Source of the DNA: a virus
IMG/VR virus record: IMGVR_UViG_3300035698_005189
Span: 34,095 to 98,094 of that record
Reading direction: 5' to 3' (one strand)
Length of the DNA stretch: 64,000 bases
The notes under the pieces were generated by a model. It had not been told where the DNA came from. It saw only the letters and a list, made by a program, of their open reading frames with translations, and did no database searches. The translations under genes were made by a program, and so were the position numbers. Shown here piece by piece: positions 36,187 through 44,263 of the stretch (position 1 is the first letter of the stretch; each line of letters opens with the position of its first letter).

Positions 36187-36617
36187 GAGCCACGCGTCGG
36201 GGGAGGCGGGGGCCTCCGGACAGGGGATGGCGGGGCCTTCCGGGCGGGCGGGGCTGGTGGTGTCCGCTCGGGGTCGCCAAGGCGGGCCTCGACGACGTGG
36301 GCGGGGACTCCGCAGGGCGGACCTGCCTTGCCACTCCGGAGCAATCCAACGTAGCGACCGTCGCCGGACCAGCACGAGGGAGAATGGACGCAGCCTCCGC
36401 AGAAGTCATCCGCCGGGTCGTAGTCCTGTCGGTAGCAGGACGGGAGCCCCTCGACCCCGGACTCGCGCCCACGGATCAGGAGGATGTTTCGCGCACCCAG
36501 CTCGGACATTCCCTCGTAGTCGGCTTCGTCGATGCCGGCTTCGTCGAGTTCGGCGCGGGTCCCGTCGGTGATGGGTACGGCGGCCAGAGATGACAGATCA
36601 GCCTTCGAGTTCTTCAC
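36183..36617 (-). CDS. Hypothetical Cys4 protein with Pro5 C-terminal tag
   Basis: SCYRQDYDPADDFCGGCVHSPSC; GGAGG RBS. Confidence 0.7.
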   Translation of the reverse strand: MKNSKADLSSLAAVPITDGTRAELDEAGIDEADYEGMSELGARNILLIRGRESGVEGLPSCYRQDYDPADDFCGGCVHSPSCWSGDGRYVGLLRSGKAGPPCGVPAHVVEARLGDPERTPPAPPARKAPPSPVRRPPPPPTRGS

Positions 36618-37272
36618 GGTCGTAATCCTCCACGCCTACTTCGGCGGCCTGGGTGATGGAAGCGATCCCGAGGGACCGCAGATGGGAGACGGCGGCTTCC
36701 TTGGCGTGGGTGAGCCGCGCCGAGACCCGCCGGTAAGCGGGGGAGCTGGGCCGGTCGTGTATGCCGACCATCCGAGCGATGGCGGTGGCAGGCACTTCTT
36801 CAACGTAGCGCAGGTGGAGCAAGGCGAAGGCAGCGGGCGGGAGGTTGCGGCGGAGGGCGTAGACGAGACCCTCGCAGGCGGCCTCAAACTCAGACTCTTC
36901 AGCCGTCTCGTCGCCACGGGCAGGGGTCGGGTCCACAACGTCGACCGGAGTCTCGGTCCCGTCGGGGGCTTTCTGCGTGGTCCCACGGTCGGACTCGGGT
37001 CGGCCTGCGGCCTGAGTCGCCCGGACGATGGTCAAGAAGCGCCGTTTGGCCACGGTCGCCAAGAGGGCGTCGGTGGGGAGCCTGCCGACGGCGGCGTACT
37101 CACGCCGGGACGCCACCAGGATCGCTTCCATGATCTCGGCCTCGACGTCTGTCGCGTCCATCCCGACGCGATGGGGGTGCCACACGCGCCGGGAGAGGAT
37201 GCGGGCCGACGACTGCCACGCCACCAGGACCTCTGTCTCGCCTGGGGCGGGGTTCCTGTCTTCTGGCCTCAT
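36598..37272 (-). CDS. Phage sigma-70/ECF-like sigma factor
   Basis: Region-2-like DATDVEAEIMEAIL...VAKRRFLTIVR; region-4-like LPPAAFALLHLRYVEEVPATAIARMVG...RLTHAK. Confidence 0.75.
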   Translation of the reverse strand: MRPEDRNPAPGETEVLVAWQSSARILSRRVWHPHRVGMDATDVEAEIMEAILVASRREYAAVGRLPTDALLATVAKRRFLTIVRATQAAGRPESDRGTTQKAPDGTETPVDVVDPTPARGDETAEESEFEAACEGLVYALRRNLPPAAFALLHLRYVEEVPATAIARMVGIHDRPSSPAYRRVSARLTHAKEAAVSHLRSLGIASITQAAEVGVEDYDREELEG

Positions 37273-39671
37273 CGCTGCCTCCTTCCACCTGTGAGCAATT
37301 CCACCACGCGACCAAGCAGGCATCCGGTCAGGTCGCCTGCGTTGGGGATTCCGATGTAGCCAGTCGTGGCCCGCGTCCCGTCGCCTTCGACTTCCGGGTA
37401 CAGCTCCGCAAACTTCGCTGCGTTGCTCGGGTGGCCGGCGTCGCCGACGCCAAAGCCATAGACCTCGATCCCGGCCTCGGACACCTGCCTGACGACTTCG
37501 GGGAGGTACCAGTTCTCTGCGATGTGATCGTCTGCGCCACACGGCTCTCCGTCTGAGATGACGATCAGGACAACGCGACGGTTGTGACCTCCCGCCACGG
37601 CGGCTGCCTTGGCTGCCCAGAGGACAGCCTCGCCGTCGAGGTTCTGACAGTAACCCGTGGCTGAGCCGATGGCGTCTCCGTTGTCGGTACGACCTGGGGC
37701 GGCGACATGCACGCTCATACGAAGGGGCCAGGTCTGGCGACTCCACCGCAGCCGCCCGTTCTCCTTGGGGTTGGACCCCAAGCCGACCCCTAACTCGGTC
37801 GTGTGCCCGAGCACCATATGGTCGATGTTGGCGGCACGCAGGGCGTCGTGCAGCTGCTTGGCGGTCCAGACGGCATGACTCATGGGGGTGTCAGGGCTAC
37901 TGCAGTCGCCCATGGAGCCAGAGCAGTCGATGAGGATACCCACGAACGCAGTCTCGCCGCGTGCGGTGGTCGTCTCGGTGTACTCAGCCAGCCCACCGGA
38001 CGCAAGGCTACCAAGGGACTCAACGTCGAGTTCGTCTCCGTCGTTGAGTCCACGCAGGGTGATGGTCCGGCGGGAGTCGACCAGGGCGGATCGGACGCGA
38101 TCAGTCAGCTGACGCGACCCGGCCCCGAAGAAGTCACTCAGAACGGACAGCACCTTCGCCCCGGCGGTCCTGGCGTCGAGATCCTTGTGTGGCTCCACGA
38201 CGACGTCGAGGGCGGCCGACTTGGGGTCAATGGTGTAGATCATAGCGCCTTGCTCTTCGGCCATTTTGCCCAGGATGATCTCGTCATCTTCCTTGGGGGG
38301 CTGTGGGGTCTCGGTCAGAGCCTCCTTGGCGGCCTCACGGGTTTCGTCTGAGACGGGCTCATCGGACTCGTCCTCTGCGTCGTCACCGGCCTCGGACTCA
38401 TCGGACTCATCCTCTGCTTCGTCACCGTCCTCGGACTCATCGGAGCCTTCGGATTCGTCACCGTCAGCTTCCTCGGAGCCTTCGCCTTCTTCAGATGTGC
38501 CGGTGTCCTCGGACACACCTTGCTCGTCGCCCTCAACGGGGTCGCCGTCTTCGTCACTGGCCTCGGACTCGTCGGGGTCCCCGGCCTCGTCACCAGCCTC
38601 GGACTCATCGGAGTCTTCGGACTCTTCGCCTTCCTCGGGCTCGCCGTCCTCACCACCATCCTCGGACTCATCGGAGTCTTCGGACTCTTCGCCTTCCTCG
38701 GGCTCGCCGTCCTCACCACCATCCTCGGACTCACCGGGCTCGCCGTCCTCGTCCTCGGCGTCGTCACCAGCCTCGGGCTCATCGGACTCATCCTCTGCTT
38801 CGTCACCGTCCTCGGACTCATCGGAGCCTTCGGATTCGTCACCCTCGGGGTCGGCGTCTTCTTCGGACTCATCGGACTCGTCCTGCTCATCTCCCTCGTC
38901 GGAGGCCTCGGACTCGTCACCGTCCTCGGAGTCTTCGCCCTCACCTTCTTCGTCCTCATCGGACTCGGCGGAGTCTTCGTCTTCTTCGGGCTCTTCGTCT
39001 TCTTCGGGCTCGGGGGGAGGGGGCGGCTCGGCCAGCTCTTCGAGGCGGATGTAGGTCGCCAGGGCAGCGCTGTAGGCGTCGTGGACCGTGACAGCCGCCA
39101 GGCCTCGAGCGACCTCAGGCTGGATGGCATCCCAGATGGGCCTGATATCCTGGTGGACTCCGTCATCGCTCAGCTGACCACGACCCACGCGGGTCACGCA
39201 CTGCACCAGGGCAGCGATCTGGCCGGCGCGACCTGGGTCGGTCGGGGCCCCGCGTCCGGTCTTCTCGAAGATGTAGGCGTTCTTGTCGTCGAGGTGAGGG
39301 GCTGCGCCCGGGTACTCGAGGACCCACAGGCGTTCGATGCGGAGGTCTTCGTACCCGTTGAAGATCATATGGACGGCGTTAGCGACCTTGACGCCACGCT
39401 CGGCTGCCAGATCCTTGCTGCGGGACACACAGGCGTCGCCTGTGAGCTTGGCGTGGGCAGTCTCGTGGTCGAGAAGGCCGCGCCAGGCGTTGACCACACG
39501 GGGGTCGGACGGCTCACCGACGAAGGTCGGCAGGGCGATCTGGTTGGTGGTCGGGTTGTACTTGGCCCGGGTACCGCCGACAGCGACAGTGACGTCCGAG
39601 CGACCCAGGAGGGTTCGGACGGTGCGCTCGGCGGCATTCTCGAGGAGGTAGGTGCGTCGGTTGGTTCTCAC
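37269..39671 (-). CDS. cobT: CobT-like VWA protein with long acidic linker
   Basis: HETAH, NGYEDLRIE; MIDAS DCSGS, NLDGEA, VISDGEP. Confidence 0.85.
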   Translation of the reverse strand: MRTNRRTYLLENAAERTVRTLLGRSDVTVAVGGTRAKYNPTTNQIALPTFVGEPSDPRVVNAWRGLLDHETAHAKLTGDACVSRSKDLAAERGVKVANAVHMIFNGYEDLRIERLWVLEYPGAAPHLDDKNAYIFEKTGRGAPTDPGRAGQIAALVQCVTRVGRGQLSDDGVHQDIRPIWDAIQPEVARGLAAVTVHDAYSAALATYIRLEELAEPPPPPEPEEDEEPEEDEDSAESDEDEEGEGEDSEDGDESEASDEGDEQDESDESEEDADPEGDESEGSDESEDGDEAEDESDEPEAGDDAEDEDGEPGESEDGGEDGEPEEGEESEDSDESEDGGEDGEPEEGEESEDSDESEAGDEAGDPDESEASDEDGDPVEGDEQGVSEDTGTSEEGEGSEEADGDESEGSDESEDGDEAEDESDESEAGDDAEDESDEPVSDETREAAKEALTETPQPPKEDDEIILGKMAEEQGAMIYTIDPKSAALDVVVEPHKDLDARTAGAKVLSVLSDFFGAGSRQLTDRVRSALVDSRRTITLRGLNDGDELDVESLGSLASGGLAEYTETTTARGETAFVGILIDCSGSMGDCSSPDTPMSHAVWTAKQLHDALRAANIDHMVLGHTTELGVGLGSNPKENGRLRWSRQTWPLRMSVHVAAPGRTDNGDAIGSATGYCQNLDGEAVLWAAKAAAVAGGHNRRVVLIVISDGEPCGADDHIAENWYLPEVVRQVSEAGIEVYGFGVGDAGHPSNAAKFAELYPEVEGDGTRATTGYIGIPNAGDLTGCLLGRVVELLTGGRRQR
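38397..38843. repeat. Intragenic direct repeats encoding the acidic linker
   Basis: 63-bp unit x2.2 at 38597..38733; 66-bp duplication at 38397..38462 and 38778..38843. Confidence 0.9.
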
Positions 39672-39674
39672 AAG

Positions 39675-40265
39675 TCACTTCCTGGCTGCGTTGCGGCGGC
39701 GGAGGTAGGCGGCGTCATCGTCTTCGAAGGCTGGGACGTCGAGGTCGGGGGGCGGGGGGCCACCCTCGACCATGGGCGGCCGGTCGAAGGCATCGCACTT
39801 GCCGGAGGTGTGGGGGCCACCGCAGATCGAGCAGATGGGGCGAGGCGGGTTGCGCGACTTAGGCCCAACCGGCTCCACGCGGCTGCCGCCGATACCGTCG
39901 CTGACCTTGGCGTCGACCATCTTGGCAGCCTCGGCCCGGGCGAACTTGATGGCGGACTGACGGAGCAGGAAGTCGTGGTCGTGGCGAGCCCAGGTACCGG
40001 CGTAGCAGCCCGGATCACTGTAGCCGGCACCATCGGCGTCGTCGCTACAACCCGACCCGGTGAAGATCCAGTCAGCGACCTGAGCGAAGGTGCAGGGCTG
40101 GGTGGGCGTGGTGCCGTAGCTCTTCTCTTCGCCGGCGAACCAGTAGACCAGATAGGCCGACTCACGCTCGAGGACGACGGAAACCACGACCTGATTATCG
40201 AGGCCGATCACACGGTTGACGAAACACACAGCGGTAGCGTCAAGGGGTAGCCGAGTGACTCTCAT
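39675..40265 (-). CDS. Hypothetical protein with Zn knuckle
   Basis: CSICGGPHTSGKC; GGAGG RBS. Confidence 0.65.
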   Translation of the reverse strand: MRVTRLPLDATAVCFVNRVIGLDNQVVVSVVLERESAYLVYWFAGEEKSYGTTPTQPCTFAQVADWIFTGSGCSDDADGAGYSDPGCYAGTWARHDHDFLLRQSAIKFARAEAAKMVDAKVSDGIGGSRVEPVGPKSRNPPRPICSICGGPHTSGKCDAFDRPPMVEGGPPPPDLDVPAFEDDDAAYLRRRNAARK

Positions 40266-40266
40266 A

Positions 40267-41256
40267 TCATCCTCCAGCGAACAGGCGGCGGATCACTTCC
40301 GACGCGGCGGTACGCTCCTGCTCGGAGCGAATACGGTTGAGAAAGGCGTACTGTGCGGACTCGAGGACCCAAGCGGCCGAGGCCGTGTAGGTCCCGCCAC
40401 TGACGACGCCGATGGTGGCGGGCCCAGAAGCGACCCGGCGGCCCCAGTCAATGAGGGTACGGAACGACACACCACCAGACACCTGACCGCCACCTCGGAT
40501 GCGTTGGGCGACACGAATGAGGCCCTCCGCGTCCAGGTTGTGGAGGGCCGGCACTACGCCGGTAAGGGCGACAAGCTCGGAGTCGTTGTCGAGGTAGTCG
40601 ACCTGGAGGGTGGTCCCGAAGCGGTCGAGCATCGCTTCATTCGCGTCGGGGCTGGTCCCGGAGTACAGGTAGCGGTCGTTCTCCTGCCCCGCGCCGAGCA
40701 CGTTGTCGGTAGCGAATACCCGGAAGTCAGGATGACGATTGGCGTAGCGGACGGGGTCGGCATCCTCGAGCAGGACAGCACCGTCGGCCTCGAGGATGGG
40801 GAAAAGGCTCAGGGCGACATGCGGGGTCGCACCAGACAGCTCGTCGAGGACAAGCCACGCTCCCTCTTCCATCGCACGGGTGACGGGCCCGGGGACGAAC
40901 GTCGTGGCTCCGTCGGCGGCTGCCCGCTGGCCCTTGAGCTGCCGAACCGTCGTACCTACGTTCAGGTTCACGCGGTATACTGGGATATCGCAGCGAGCGG
41001 CAATCTGGAGGACGAGGGAGGTCTTACCCGACCCCTTGGGTCCAGCCAGCAGGACCGGCATGGGGGAGCCGTTGTCGTGTGGCCACGCGGACCATGCGAT
41101 CTCACGAACCAGCTTCTCACGAAAGACGTAGCCGGGGTCGATGGTCGGTACCTGGGGCGTGCGACCACCGGGGCGGCGGTGGAGGATGACGTCGATGTCT
41201 GGGATGGTGACGTGCGACGAGCGAGCCGGTGGAGGCGGGGGAGGTGTTCGGGTCAT
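40267..41256 (-). CDS. cobS: CobS/MoxR-family AAA+ ATPase
   Basis: GPKGSGKT, LVLDE, FATDN, AMLDRF. Confidence 0.9.
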   Translation of the reverse strand: MTRTPPPPPPARSSHVTIPDIDVILHRRPGGRTPQVPTIDPGYVFREKLVREIAWSAWPHDNGSPMPVLLAGPKGSGKTSLVLQIAARCDIPVYRVNLNVGTTVRQLKGQRAAADGATTFVPGPVTRAMEEGAWLVLDELSGATPHVALSLFPILEADGAVLLEDADPVRYANRHPDFRVFATDNVLGAGQENDRYLYSGTSPDANEAMLDRFGTTLQVDYLDNDSELVALTGVVPALHNLDAEGLIRVAQRIRGGGQVSGGVSFRTLIDWGRRVASGPATIGVVSGGTYTASAAWVLESAQYAFLNRIRSEQERTAASEVIRRLFAGG

Positions 41257-41297
41257 AGGTGGCTCCTGATGGTGAGCGGGTTCGTACTGTCACGAAG

Positions 41298-41319
41298 GCC
41301 CCGGGGACAGCCCCGGGGC
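41298..41319. terminator. 9-bp GC hairpin
   Basis: GCCCCGGGG-acag-CCCCGGGGC, intergenic; no U-tract. Confidence 0.35.
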
Positions 41320-41335
41320 TAACGTCACAAGACGA

Positions 41336-42091
41336 CTACGCGGCGTCGAACTCGGCGTTGAGGGCGGCGGCCTTGGCGATGAGGCCACCAGGCCCGTAGA
41401 CGCGGTTGCTGGCGGCCTTCCGGAGCCAGCCTTCCTTCTCGTAGAAGCGGATGGGTCCCTTCGCGGATGCGACGAAGGCGTCCAGGCGCTTGAAGAACTC
41501 CCAGCCGCCGAGTGCCTCCCACTTCGCCGTCGAGACGGACCGCAGACGAAGCCGGACACCGTCGCAGACGTGGTCGAGGTCCTGGGCGTGGTCGGGGTGC
41601 TCCTGCAGCCAGTCCACGCGAGCGGCACGGGCGCGGGCCTTGGTGATGGCGCGGCGGAGGGCCGTCAGGGCTTCCTCAGCCGTGCCGGCCCCACGCACCA
41701 CGATGCCGTAGGTTTCGATGCAGTGGCTGCCGGTCCAGTGGTCACGACCGCCAGCGATATTGGCCAGCTTGAACTCGAAGCGGATGTGCGCATGGCCACA
41801 CAGCTGGCAGGAGACGTCTTCGCCACGGTGATCGTTGATGCACTCGGGGTCGGCCTCGTATTCGGACAGTGCCTGGGCGGCCAGGTCCTCATCCACGGTC
41901 GCGTAGATGTATTCGAGGTGAGCTGGCTCCAGGCGGTCGAGCTGCCAGTCCACGTCGGCCAAGCCGTCGATGACGATCCGCAGCTCGTCGGAGCAGCAGG
42001 CCGCGTAGCGGATCAGGTTGAGGGTGACGCGCCGGTGATGGGCGGGGGCCGTGTCGCTGACGACTGGGGGCACGGGGGGAACTGAGGTCAT
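41336..42091 (-). CDS. Phage hypothetical protein with CxxCG...GSxCI motif
   Basis: CQLCGHAHIRFEF...TGSHCI; AGGAG RBS before ATG 42091. Confidence 0.75.
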   Translation of the reverse strand: MTSVPPVPPVVSDTAPAHHRRVTLNLIRYAACCSDELRIVIDGLADVDWQLDRLEPAHLEYIYATVDEDLAAQALSEYEADPECINDHRGEDVSCQLCGHAHIRFEFKLANIAGGRDHWTGSHCIETYGIVVRGAGTAEEALTALRRAITKARARAARVDWLQEHPDHAQDLDHVCDGVRLRLRSVSTAKWEALGGWEFFKRLDAFVASAKGPIRFYEKEGWLRKAASNRVYGPGGLIAKAAALNAEFDAA

Positions 42092-42176
42092 GGGTACTCC
42101 TGACAAAGAGGCCCCGGGGAGCGATCCACGAGGCCTCCGGATGGCGGCTGGTTGACGATGGGCTGGGCGGTAGGGC

Positions 42177-42997
42177 CTAGGGCACCTCGGGGGCTGCGGG
42201 GGCGTCACCGGCGACGGCGGCGGCGAGGCAGGTCGCACCGAACCAGCGGGTGATGACGGTTCGATGGCCTGCGGTGCCGACCAGCTCGGTGAACATGGCG
42301 TTGCTGTTCGCCCAGACGGTGCCGACCTTCAGCGCGGGGCGGTTGCCCTCGAACTCGACCAGGGTGAAGGTGTAGTCTTCGTTGATCTGGATGGCGTAGC
42401 TGCACTTACCCCACTCACCACGATGGTTCTTGGTGGCGCGCAGGATGGAGCCGGCGGGCGGGGTGCCCTTGGGGATGCGCGGGGTCTTGGGCTCGAGGGC
42501 CTTGGCAGCCTTGGCGGCGTCGCGTTCGGCCTTCTTGGCGGCGGCGGCGGCTGCCTTCTCGGCCTTCAGGGCGGCGACCTTCTTGGCCTTGGCCTCGGCC
42601 TTCTCGGCGACCTTGGCAGCCTTGGCGGCGGCGGCGTCGACGACGGGGGCTTCGGGCCCGGTGGCGGCGGGGGTGGCGTTGGCGACGGGGGCTTCGGGTT
42701 CGATGAGGCCGCCGTGGGGGATGGAGACGAAGTTCTTCAGCCAGGTGAGGTAGTCGGCGTCGGCGTCGAGGTGCTCGACCGTGCCGGTCATGTCGATCTT
42801 CTCACCGAGGAGGAAGAGGTCGTCGTTGCGGCCTTCGGCGTCGATCTGGACGATGCGAGTGCCCTTATTGCCGGCGCTGTGCTCTACGGACTTGGGGACG
42901 AGGCTGGCAGGCCCCTTGAGGGTCAGCTTGACCTGGGTGCGTCGTCGACGATGACGGTGGCGAAGGCGATGAGGGTGAGGGTAGTGGCTCGCGCCAT
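42177..42997 (-). CDS. Ala/Lys-rich putative DNA-binding protein with DUF2924/RAMA-like C-terminus (apparent 1-nt deletion near 42940)
   Basis: TAAGGAG RBS at ATG 42997; joins ORF 42177..42791 on restoring one G; AKAAKVAEKAEAKAKK tract; PPAGSILRAT...ITRWFG. Confidence 0.65.
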
Positions 42998-43081
42998 GAT
43001 GGACTCCTTAGAGTGCCTGGGGTTGGGGGTCGGTCGTACGGGGGGACTGTCGCCACTGCGGCGACTGGTCCTCTCTCGTAG

Positions 43082-43114
43082 ATATAGGGAGTGCGGTGAG
43101 ATTGTCCGCGATCA
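43082..43114 (-). promoter_or_regulatory. Repeated promoter-like element, copy 3
   Basis: TGATCGCGG-N10-CGCACTCCCTATAT, same spacing as copies 1 and 2; hairpin 43049..43065 downstream. Confidence 0.7.
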
Positions 43115-44263
43115 AGTCGTATTAGGGCGAATATTCCCGAGAGGTAGGACTACAGGGGGTGAAGGCCTCCGGGCAGGGCCTGATCGTGGGCGGGGAGGAA
43201 CCCGTAACCCGACCTCACCGGTCTCGGCCTCCCCCGCAAGACGCCGTGCGACAGCCTCACCCAGAGAGGCAGGGTCGTCTCCGTCCTGAAGGTGAGCGAC
43301 CCGGACAGCCACGAGACCCTCCAGGGTAGCGGCGGCGAGCTTGGCTCCAGCGCGACCAGCCGCGTCTCCGTCGAACATGACGACCACCTCCGCCACGCCG
43401 GACCCAGCAATGAGGCCCGCCTGGGCTTCCGACAGACGACCACCCTGGACGGGGACGAACCCGGGCCCACCGACTACAGCGTCGAGAGGACCCTCGACGA
43501 CGATAGCCATACCGCCCGGCTCGAGAAGGTGGAGGCCCGGGAGGACCGACTCCGACCCGGCGCAGCCCAACGTGGGAGGCAGGCCCCACTTATCATGCAG
43601 ACAGGTGCAGTCATCCTGGTGTGAGTCGTCGCGGCAGGGCCGGGGGAGGTTCACGATCTTCGCCTTGGCCTCGGTCGTGGCCCGGGCAGCCCAGAAGACA
43701 AAGCGCCTGGTCGGGTCCCACGCAGGCACCACGATGCGGGAGCGCAGGAGGGCGTCGGCCAGGGTGCCGGACCCGTCGCCCAGGCAGGCGCCGACACCGA
43801 AAGCCTCGGCATTCGCGCGCGACACACCCCTGAAGGTGAGATATGCGATGGCCCACGAGGGTAGATTGTCCCAGCCCCAGACCATGCCGGGCGGCTGAGG
43901 TGCTTCCGGGAGCCTCCAGAATCTCCCCTGGCCGCGTGCGGGTCCCTCGAGCGGGGACTGCGGGCCCAGGTCCGCCCCGGTACCCCAGGAGGCTACTACG
44001 GCCTCCGCCGCAGATCCGCCCAGCCCGAGGGTGACAGCGACGAGCACCGTCGGCCGCCATCCCCTCAGTCCGCAGGCGACACTCCAGCACTGCCACGCTC
44101 GTCTGGAGACGTTTACAGCCAGCTTGTCCCGTCCACACGACGGGCAGACGCACGTCCACTCGGACCCGGACCGGGACACCACGACAAGCTCAGCCGAGAC
44201 CCAGTCCTCGAATCGCATGGCGCGCTCGGCGGTGGACATATCGACCGGGCGGGCCTTCCTCAC
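43112..44263 (-). CDS. dnaG: DNA primase (Zn finger + TOPRIM)
   Basis: CPSC...QCWSVAC; VVEGPLD, FDGDAAG, DPA. Confidence 0.88.
   Translation of the reverse strand: MRKARPVDMSTAERAMRFEDWVSAELVVVSRSGSEWTCVCPSCGRDKLAVNVSRRAWQCWSVACGLRGWRPTVLVAVTLGLGGSAAEAVVASWGTGADLGPQSPLEGPARGQGRFWRLPEAPQPPGMVWGWDNLPSWAIAYLTFRGVSRANAEAFGVGACLGDGSGTLADALLRSRIVVPAWDPTRRFVFWAARATTEAKAKIVNLPRPCRDDSHQDDCTCLHDKWGLPPTLGCAGSESVLPGLHLLEPGGMAIVVEGPLDAVVGGPGFVPVQGGRLSEAQAGLIAGSGVAEVVVMFDGDAAGRAGAKLAAATLEGLVAVRVAHLQDGDDPASLGEAVARRLAGEAETGEVGLRVPPRPRSGPARRPSPPVVLPLGNIRPNTT

Noticed and set aside
38350-39010. Repeats as a CRISPR array
   Set aside because: In-frame coding repeats with no unique spacers; no cas genes
13510-40250. 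Long plus-strand ORFs (13510..15108, 29590..31215, 38520..40250 and others)
   Set aside because: Antisense shadows of recognisable minus-strand genes, expected at high GC; no motifs of their own
37269-41256. Cobalamin biosynthesis auxiliary genes
   Set aside because: No cobN or other cob genes; phage CobS/CobT-like pairs are better read as AAA+/VWA chaperones
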